From assembly GCF_009914755.1 (NCBI RefSeq), contig NC_060941.1: a stretch of DNA of 64,000 nt. One strand, 5' to 3'. The notes under the pieces were generated by a model. The model was not told the DNA's origin. It worked only from the letters and a program-made list of their open reading frames with translations, and searched no databases. The stretch's first letter is position 1. The number at the start of each line of letters is the position of its first letter. A program made the translations under genes and the position numbers. This stretch comes from the human T2T-CHM13v2.0 reference genome, Homo sapiens. This document shows, one piece after another, positions 19,912-34,862 of this stretch.

Positions 19912-20440
19912 TGACACACAAAGGCTGAGGAGGCACCCCTGCCTTCCACCTTAAAGGGCTCCTTTTACCTGGGGCCCTGCCCTTTCTTCCTGAGGCTCCA
20001 CAGATCCCACCCCAGGGAGACTGGGGGTAGAAAGAAGGAGCAAAGAAGGAAGAACCCTGTGGGGAAGGATGAGTGGAATGTCCTTGCTGGAAGATTCCAT
20101 GGCAGTTGGTGGGGAGCCATCGGCCTGGACAGGGGAACCAGGGGCAGAGGAAGTTGACGAGTTAGGGCAGGGGTCAGGAGTGGCATCCCCGGCAGTGAAG
20201 ACAGAGATGTGTCTGTATGTGTGCACCAGGGGTGTGGTGTAACAGGGAGATACATCTTATAGCCTCTGTCAATGTTTCATGTTCACAGAAGACTGAGGAA
20301 ACCTAGATCCCTGAAATCATTGATGGACCCTAGGAGGAAAAAAAAAATTACCCAAATTCATCCAAGCTAGGTGTTTGTCCCATCAGATATTTTTGTGGGT
20401 CTGCATATGAGAGAGTCCGGGTTAGAAGTCTGCAACTCTG

Positions 20441-20740
<300 letters not shown>

Positions 20741-21051
20741 GAAGAAGTCTGCAATTTTGATTTCCCCATAAGTAGAAAGGGAAGAGATGAGAAAATAGAA
20801 AATCATAGGAGGGGAAAAGGGGAGAAGCAGAGGTTACTGGGAAATCCTTAAGGCAAAACAAGCAGTCTTTAGAAGGCTGGGTCGGCTGTAACTCTTCAAA
20901 GGTAAACACCAACAATAAAGCTTGGGTTGTAGCTATGAGTGAGGACCAACAGAGAGTCAAGGGGGCTGGCCTGATATTCTTCTAGTTTCTGGACCAACAG
21001 CACCAGTTATGCCACGTGGTTTCATAGGAGGCTCCAGGAGGGATCTGAAGC

Positions 21052-21252
21052 TTTTTTTTTTTTTAATTATACTTTAAGTTCTAGGGTACACGTGCACAAC
21101 ATGCAGATTTGTTACATAGGTATACATGTGCCATGTTGGTTTGCTGCACCCATCAACTTGTCATTTACATTAGGTATTTCCCCTAATGCTATCCCTCCCC
21201 CAGCCCTCCACCCCCCCGACAGACAGCCCTGGTATGTGATGTTCCCTGCCCA
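21052..21252 (-). mobile_element. 5'-truncated L1PA 3' end with target-site duplication
   Basis: Poly-T + TTATACTTTAAGTTCTAGGGTACA... = reverse complement of the primate L1 3' UTR; TSD GATCTGA(A)GCTT at 21042 and 21253. Confidence 0.9.
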
Positions 21253-22121
21253 GATCTGAGCTTCTTGAGAGCAGAGGCTGTAGTTCCACATCCTTCCCTC
21301 CAGGACCCTCCCTCAGCATCCTGGGGGAGAGATGTTCACTGTCTGGTACTGACGGATTAGATGAGGACAACCCTGTGCAAAAAAGGACAAAGAGAATGTC
21401 AGGAAGCAGGAAAAGCACAGGAAAGTGAAGAAAGAAGGGGATTCAGAGGTAGACATGGAAGGAGAAGTAAAGTGGAAGTGGAAGAAGCTGGGCCTGAAAG
21501 AGAAGGGGTAAGTCCCTGAGAAGTGTTAAAAGGATATAGTCATTCGGTCAGTCAGTAAACATTTACTGTGCACCTACTATAATCAAGCAGTGTGCTGGGA
21601 ATGGAAGGTGCCATGGTAGACAAGACAAGCATGGGGTTTTTAGTGGTGGAGAATGTGTAGCTTTGCAAGTTAGAAATGGAGAGAAAGTGACAATGTAGAG
21701 TAGAAAGAAACTGAAAGCAGTTGGAGACAAAAGGGAAATATCACTGAGAGAACCTGCCTCCAGACACACCAGGGAGGAGATGTCGCCCCTGGTTAAGGTT
21801 GACAGACACAGCCAGAACCACCCACTGGCCCTGGCTCTGCGAAGATGGCAGCAGGTAGGGTAGGAAGAGGAGAAATTCAGAAAGGCGAGGGACAGGAGTG
21901 GGTGGGGGTGGAGGGCACAGACTTTTCCTTGTTTTTACTTGGGCACCCCCAGTGGGAAGGTATCTTTGGGCTAAGGAGTCCTTCTCCACATTTGGCTGCC
22001 CATTGGAATCACCTGAGGAACTCCTTAATGCTGATGCCCCCCAGAGATTCTAATTTCCTAGGATGGGACCCAGACTTCAGAATTTACTAAAAGCTCTTTT
22101 AGTGAGTCTCACGTGTGGCCA

Positions 22122-23248
<1,127 letters not shown>

Positions 23249-23905
23249 CTAGTAAGAAGAGTCAGACAGCCTAGAAACAAACAAAACAAGGATAAGGTGA
23301 CCTTTAAAAGGGCAAAACCAATCAAATAATTCAAAACTACTGCAGAATTCTTCCAAGTATTCACACCCTGTCCTCCGCCCCGTGTGCGCACACTTTTTTT
23401 TTTTCACCTCTGCGGTCTTCATGATGGGGCCTCCAGGATAGGAGAAGCATAGCTACCCCGTTTTTCTCCCAGAAGAGGTTTGACAGTGGCCCAGCAGGAT
23501 ATTCAACCCCACCTACCTCCCCCCAAAACCCCTGCACCCTAATACAGGTGAGTCATGGAACCCGGGTGGAGTCCTTGGTTTGACAGTGAAGCAATCTAAA
23601 CTTGAAAAATGGCCTGGGAACAGAATGTATGGACTATACAAACAAGTCATGCAGGTGTCATTGTATGCAAATATTCATTCTTTAACTCACCTTACATTTC
23701 CTGCTGATCCTCCTCTGTGCTGGCCTCAATCCTTCTACCACAGCTCAGTCTAGCAGGAGAGTAAGAAGTGAGAATAAAAGTGTGGAAATAGTGTGTGAGA
23801 GAGAAGCTCTTTTGCATGTGCCAGGGCAGCACAGAGGAGGAAGAAGCTATGGCTGGGCAGGAGTGAGGTATGCAGACTTTGAGCAGGGTCTTGAAGGATG
23901 CATAG

Positions 23906-24204
<299 letters not shown>

Positions 24205-24636
24205 TGGATGCATAGGGGTTTACCAGAAGGGAAGGGTCACATAGGAAGTCAACTAGTGGAAAAAAGCGTAAGTGTTTAGGAACCTGGAATCTTTCCTGGA
24301 GGGAAAAGGGTAGGATTTGTAGGAAGGGAACGGGGGTAGAGGGAGGAGATAAAGCATGAAAGATACACCAGTAAGAGTGTGTCCTCTGGTGGATGCTGAG
24401 GTTAAGAAGAAAAAAGAGTGGGAGGACTTTGCCTAGAAAGGAGTTTGGGCTTTATCTAGGAGATACGGATCCCATGAAGGATCTTTACTAGAGGAGTATT
24501 ATTGTCTAAAGTCTTGTTTTTCAAAGGCTAACACTGAGAGGAGAAGACTGGAAGAGGCTATTAACATTTATTCAGCAATTACTGTGTACCCGGTATTCTG
24601 CTCTGCATTTTGTATTATCACACCAACCTTTTCTAG

Positions 24637-24830
24637 CAGTGTTTTTCAAACTGCCAGTCATGATCAACAAGAAGGAGAATAAGATAGGATAGGATAAGCA
24701 TAGAAACTATCAGTGCGTCACAAGTAGTAAGCATTGTTTTCGGAAACTTTATGACACTCTCATACAAATAGCAGTGTACTGGTCTGTATGCAAAATGTAT
24801 TTCTCTTGATGGACTATGTTTTTTTTTGTT
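24637..24830. mobile_element. hAT-Charlie-type DNA transposon remnant (related copy at about 40003-40245)
   Basis: CAGTGTTTTTCAAACT terminus; the two copies share ATAGAAA..TATCA..GTCAC..GTA.TAAG..GTTT..GGAAACTTT. Confidence 0.55.
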
Positions 24831-25124
24831 TGTTTTTTTTTTTTTTTTTTTAAGCCATCGCGCTAAGGTGTAGGTGTGATTAACCTCGTTTTACTGATGA
24901 GGACATGAAGCTCAGGGAGTTTCGGTACCCTGCCTAAGTTAGTGGGATGTGTAGGTTTCAAACCCAGACTGGTCTGAAGCCAGAATGGATTCCCTCACTA
25001 AGCTAGGCAGCCTTCCCAAGTTCTCGGAAGAGACTTGGGAGCAAAGATAAACCTACCCGCCTAGTGCCTACCAAGTGCTTTACCTCATCTCAAGAAGGTA
25101 AGGGTAAGTGGGGCAGAGGCCAAG

Positions 25125-25295
25125 CAGTACTTCTCAAACTCAAGCGTGCAATTCTGTCCACGCGAGGCCCTTGCTAAAATGCAGATTCTAGGCACGCCCC
25201 GTGAAGTACCGAGTCGGATTAGGAGAGGCGGCCAGGGGAGCCTGCCTTTAGAAAGAGCTTCGGATGATTCAGATGCACACGTTTGGGACCGTGGG
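25125..25295. mobile_element. MER5A-like DNA transposon remnant
   Basis: CAGTACTTCTCAAACT...TTGCTAAAATGCAGATTC...GATGATTCAGATGCAC. Confidence 0.6.
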
Positions 25296-26068
25296 CTATG
25301 GGGGTCGCCGCAATAACCATGTGAGGATTAACGGGGGCTTAACCGATTGTGAAAATCCCCTTAGAAGTGTCGCGTAAACAACCCCAACTCCCACTATGGT
25401 GCCGGACCCCAGTGCCTCACTGTACAAAGTCGCCCCTCCCCAGGCGACAACGAGAGAGGGACTAAATAAAAGGTTGATGGCTTTCCACTCACCAGGCATG
25501 GGGTTGAGTGGCAGCCGGCTACTGCCGAAGAGCAGGTAAAAGCTCCTGCCACACCTGGGCGAGACTGGACTTAGGGCGCAATGTATATGCTATTTCTGGG
25601 GCATTTGTGGGCCTCACCCTAAGGACTTCTGATTGGCTTCAGGGCAGATCTATCATTCATCCTCTGGGTTAGAGGTGGGTGGAAGGTCAACCTCGACCAA
25701 TACAAAAGCACTCTTCGGCTAAGCCCCTCCCCTTCCAGCTTCCTGTTGCTGTACATCAACCACCCAGCGGGCGGGACTTTGCCTCCCTCCAATTGGCTGA
25801 TGCACATGTCACTCATTATTCAATTGGCTTTCGGTTGGTGCGCTCTACCGTCCATCAGTGACATTGCACAGACCTATTGGTCAAATCAACGTCGCTCTAG
25901 ACGCCTCTGGTTGATTGGTTAATAGTGCTGTCGGTCCCCAATGTTCCAAGCGCTTATTGGTGAAGGCTGCCGTCGCTCGGGCGGTGGCGGGCTCCGGGAT
26001 TGGCGGTTGCTTGGCGGGCGGTGTCAGGCTCTCGGTGGCGGCGGAGGCGGCGGAGGCCAGGGAGGAAG

Positions 26069-26077
26069 ATGTCGTAA
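26069..26077 (+). other. Minimal uORF ATG-TCG-TAA overlapping the SP2 start codon
   Basis: AAG ATG TCG TAA TG: last A of TAA (26077) is the A of the main ATG. Confidence 0.85.
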
Positions 26078-26083
26078 TGAGCG
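26077..26083 (+). CDS. SP2: SP2 coding exon 1 (ATG AGC G; Met-Ser, phase 1)
   Basis: ATG at 26077 followed by donor G|GTGGGT at 26084; joins in frame to exon 2 to give MSDPQTSMAAT..., the recognised Sp2 N-terminus. Confidence 0.93.
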
Positions 26084-29000
26084 GTGGGTCCCGGCCGCTG
26101 CCGGCGGGGTCTTCCCGGCCCCCAAGGGTCAGGAAGACGGGCAGAGGCCGCGGGGAGAGGGAGCCGAGGCCGGGGGTTCCCCCCTGGGGCTGGGTCTGGC
26201 GTCGGGGCCCGGCTTCAGGAGGGGCGGGGGAGGGAGGATTCCCGCCCGGAGGAGGAGCGGGGCTGGCCAGCCGGGCGGAGGCACCCGGAAGGGGGCGTTC
26301 GACTCCCCGCCCCCTCGGAGCCCGCCGGGCGGGAGGGCGGCGCTTCCGGGGGCCGGCGAGAGGAGCGGGCACCGGGGTGGCCTGGCACCCCTCGGACGGG
26401 TGCCGACCCACTTCAACGCCGCTCTCCCGCCTGGGCGAACTATGCCTGGGTCGGCTCTGAGGAGGCAGCCAACAGCCCTTGTGTTCGCCCCGTGTCTGAG
26501 AGGCCTTCCTGCACTCTTAACTGTAGATGCCCACCAGCGATTCAGGGCTCCCCGGAGAACAGAGAGGGGCGAGGGAACGCTTGAGACCCGGACGCTGCCA
26601 ACCAGATGGGCACTGCTCGGCATCGACGACAGCCCGGTTACTGATATATCCCCAGTCGGGCGATGGTGTCAGGATACGAGAGCACTCCCTGGGCAGATGA
26701 CCTCTCACTGGGGAGTGGGCAAAAACCTTCCTTTAATGTTTTTACTTGGATCCTTGATCTTCCAGCTAGATATCTGCAAGCTCTTAGCAGAATTGTGAGA
26801 AGTTTGAGAACTTCTTGCCAGAGCTCCCAGCCTGTTACTTGACGCCCCGTAGGGGAGACTACTGCAGTCCCAAAGCTCAGGCGCAAACAATCTTAAGGAA
26901 TTACAGAAGAAATAAAACAAAATAGATACTCGCTCTCTTCCTGTACCCACCTCCATCCCCATTGCTGACTTACGGTTTTCAGCCTCTTATCCATGCTTCT
27001 TATGTTTCCTTGCCAGCGGCTTTCTAATTTTAGTTCAGAAGGAACTATGTTTTCTCCTCTGGGCAACTGAGAAACCTGTCCTCACTGCATTCCTTGGTTT
27101 TGATTGCAATATCCTGTCATGTTTGTTTCTTAATTAACTTCATCCAAGGGGACTCAGTCTGGCCTTTCTCAGTGCATTCTCCCAAAGTTCTTTCTTCTTC
27201 TGAGGTTACTTCTTGTTCACTTATTGTTTCCTAGAGAAAGGTATGAGCCAGTAGATCTGCTTTAAACAATGAATTGGCCCAAGTTTCCCGTTTACAGATT
27301 TCATTACAGATGGACACTGTTTCAAGGTGCACTGGCATGCACTGTCTAAAACGGTTTCATGCTGTACCCCAGAAGGCATTCAGTTTCACAGTGGAGGGCT
27401 GTATTGAGTTGGTATTCTGGATGATACAATTTTTAGGGCTAGAAAGTTTAGAGTGTTGGCTGGCTCACAGGCTGCAAAGGAAATAATGGTGGAGTCCAGA
27501 CCACAGCAGTAATTTCAATTACTAACACAAAGAAACCCATTGTCTGCAATAATGAATATAACTGCAGTGTCTTGTTTTGTTTTAAATTCTTGTGTGCGAT
27601 GAAGGGGGCGAATCTATCAGACAACCTATCAATTGGGCTGATGATGTCAGTGTTCCAGTGGCTTCTAACAGGCGTTAATACCTGTTGGAAATGGATTATC
27701 ATTGGCTGGGACGATTGGTAAGTTTTCTAATTCTAGTTCTTCCTCTTGGTTGTACAGAGGCTTAACCTCTTTGGTTAAAAGCAACTACAAGAAAAAAAGC
27801 GAGTCTGACATAATTATGAACCCCCCTGAGCTAGGCTGCTGAAGCCAGAAACTCTTTGCCAAGGAGACCCAAGTAGAGTTTGTTAATAATCGGATCCTCA
27901 CCTGACTGCCCAACGGGGAGAACTGGCTCCGGGAGAAAGAGTTTGGCATCACTCTGGACAGCAGATAGACTGGCCACTTTTTTCTCTCAGATTCTATTAA
28001 AGTTTGGGCCTCTGGAGAGGCCTGTCAGAGAGGAGAAAAGAAATTATAAGATTTGGGCAAATGTCTGGGGTAAAGAAGCTTTATGGCATTTCAGCAAGTA
28101 GAGTGGTTGGTTCATTTGGATATTTTGGCCTTGAACTTCTTATTTCTTCTGGTGGTTAATACCAGCTTTTTGGAGAAGTTGAACAGTCCTTTGCTATAGG
28201 TCTGTGGCAGATCCCAAGTACTGTCAGCAAGTATAGTATTGCCCAACCAGGGCCCTTATGAAGACATTTTAAACTTGTTGCAGCCAACCAGTAGACCTTA
28301 GTATTGGCTTGGTTTCAGCCATCTTCTAAACCTTGCCCACTCATTTCTGTGATAGATATGTATAACATGTTTTTTTTCTAATACTTATTTTTTCACACAC
28401 ACCCCCCTTTTCTGTATACACAAAAATTGGAAACCCTGCTTCCAAACACTGAAAAACTTAGGATATTTTGGATCAGGTGGACAATGGCTATGGAATGAAA
28501 GATGCAGAGAAACACTGCTTTAAAGAGTATGTAGAGAGTTACAGAGTTTAGGGATGCAGTAGCGTGAACACTTCTGAGTTTACAAGATTTAACCTCATGG
28601 CCCCATCTTAAATCTTGCGGGCTGCAAACCTGGAGTAAAATCTGTTCAGGGAAGCTCATATGCTTTCTTACAAGTTCATTGGGTGATATGTCTGGAGTTT
28701 TCCCTTTTTGCAACTGACTTGGATTTGTCGGAATTTCTTCCCAGCACCTACAGGCTGAACTAAACCAGTATCCAGTACATTTCTGGGCTGATAAATGGAC
28801 ATCATTTTGGAATGCATTTGTTGCTTTTTTGCTTGTTTTTGCCTTGCTTTTGTTTTGGATATGCGTGCAACTCCTTGTATGACGTTGTCTAGACCTGTTG
28901 TAGGAGGAAAAAAAGTTCTTTCTCTTTATTTCTTCCCTTGTAGAGCCAACACTTAGATCTTTATGTTTCTGAAATGTAGTTGAGTGTCTTTTTAAAGATG

Positions 29001-30166
29001 CTCTTCCTCAATTATCAGCAGATCTTTTTTTGGCTAGCAGCATTCTCTTAGGAGACCTTGGGGTGGAGGAGGTCTCACTTTTCTGTCAGCAATCTATTGG
29101 AGCAAGGTGGAAAGATGAGTGAAGAGGGTAAAAATATGTGACATTTCTTTTTTTAAAATAATAGAGGCATAGTCTCTCTATGTCAGGCTGGTCTCAAAAC
29201 TCCTGGCCTCAAGCAATCCTCCCACCTCAGCCTCCCAAAGTGCTGGGGTTACAGGCATGAGCCACTGTGCCTAGCCAACATGGGACATTTCTAACTCGAG
29301 GGTATTGTCAGGCCATGTAGGAAAGGGAGCAGAGATTGCCCTTGAGGAGATGCTCCCAGGTGGCAGATTTGTCCTACTTGATAGATTCCAAAATGGAAAA
29401 CGGATTTTTCTGCTGCCTCTGGGGACACTGAAAAAAGAACCTCCACATGAGTTCAGAGGCAGCACCGGCAGCTTAGGGGAAGTCATGGCTTCCACTGCGT
29501 GTCTAGGAAGCGCTCTTTCAGGATGCTCTGAGGCTGCCACTGGCACAGGGGAATACTGTGCTTCTCATCAGACTGGGCTGCGGGCTGATGTGCTCTTGGG
29601 AGATGAGCTCTGCTCAGGAGCAAGAGGTTGTGAAAGGGCTGATGTTTCTTAGGCTCCCCCAATGAGCAGCTCCAAGCAGTGCTGAGATGTCTAGGCCGTT
29701 TGTGTCACAGGACAAGCACACTTGCAGACCCAACTGTTGGAATCCTTCATTGGCATATCATTCCCATTGCTGCTGTTTGTCTCCACATCAGAATTGCTTG
29801 CTATACTTAGCCAGAAGCCCTGCCACATTGCAGTGCAGAGGCTTAGCTTTCTTGTTTTTGTTGCTGAGTGCTCTGAGATACCAGTTTGTCCCTTTGTGGT
29901 GATTTAGGCAGTTAGGTGGCCTTTGATCTCATTCACAGAGTAAAAATGGCTCAGGAGGAGCCAGCAGACACTAGCGTACACATTTCCAAATGTCATCTTT
30001 CTAGAGCCTTCTCTTTGGGGTTGTCACCTCTCCTATAGAATTTGGTAGAATCACAAAGTGGTCTCCAAGAGAGTGTGAATAGGAAGTAAGAGTGAGCAGG
30101 CAGGCCATGTAATTGGAAGTGGAATATCTCTGCTCTCAATTGATAATTAGGAATCTTCTTAGATCA

Positions 30167-31320
<1,154 letters not shown>

Positions 31321-31629
31321 CTCTGCCAATGCATGTCAATGGAGAGAAGCATTAATAATGCATATCAGTTGAGAGAAGCATTGAAATGCAGTAGTACCTG
31401 GTGTGTGGTGATGAGAGGCGTGCGCTTTGAAGTTTTTGGCCAGGAGCAGGACTGGACTGCACTGGCCCACATGTGAGGTGACTGGTGGGGTTGAGGGTTC
31501 CACCAGGGTCTGGGTCAGCTAAACCCAGCTGTGGAGTGGATCCTGACCTAGTGCCAGGATATGCAAATCTGCAGCTTTTCTCCTTTGGTTCCTAAACTCG
31601 CTTTAGGCCCTCCTGCTCTAAAGCCTCCA

Positions 31630-34260
<2,631 letters not shown>

Positions 34261-34544
34261 ATAATGGATCTTAGCTGATGAGGGAAATTTTAACTTCTTG
34301 ATGAAATTGTAGACATACCTAAGGGTCATTGCCTGAGGCTGGGGGTCTGAGATGGCGGAGTGGGGGGAGATGGGAGGCTCAGTAAAGGGTTAATGTGGAG
34401 ACAAGATCTCCATTCCTTACTCACCTTCTTGCTTACTTCGGCCTGTGGCATTAGCAAGCCACGGCCCAGAGTTGTTCTCATTGAAATGAAAGCCATTGAA
34501 ATTTGTTTTTACTGTTAATGGGCTCTTTTACCATGGTTTTAATT

Positions 34545-34862
34545 TATTTGTTTATTTAAAATTTTTATTATTATTTTTTAAAGACAGGGTCTCACTCTGT
34601 CATTGAGGCCAGAGCACAGTGGTGCAATCATGGCTCACTGCAGCCTCGACTTCCTGGACTCAAGCAATCCTCTCGCCTTGGCCTCCTAAGGAGCTGGGAC
34701 TGCAGGCACACACCACCACACCCAGCTAGTTTGTAAACATTTTTTGTAGAGATGGCATCTTGCTGTATTGCCCAGGCTAGTCTTGAACCCCTGGCCTCAA
34801 GTGATCCTCCTGTCTCGGCCTCCCAAAGTGCTGGTATTACAGGCATGAGCCACCGTGCCCAC
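34545..34862 (-). mobile_element. AluJ
   Basis: Alu consensus on -. Confidence 0.88.

Larger units (their letters stand above)
25600..26700 (+). promoter_or_regulatory. SP2 CpG-island promoter, TATA-less, with many CCAAT boxes and GC boxes
   Basis: High CpG/GC density; CCAAT/ATTGG at 25632, 25697, 25789, 25792, 25823, 25876, 25914, 25938, 25956, 25999; GGGGCGGGG at 26221. Confidence 0.9.

Noticed and set aside
25881-26798. Several 160-285 aa ORFs on both strands over the promoter
   Set aside because: GC-rich CpG island lacks stop codons; low-complexity Gly/Arg/Pro/Ala translations
27595-27650. Possible C/D-box snoRNA (GCGATGA ... CTGA, TGATGA)
   Set aside because: Too short, no terminal stem and no recognisable rRNA guide
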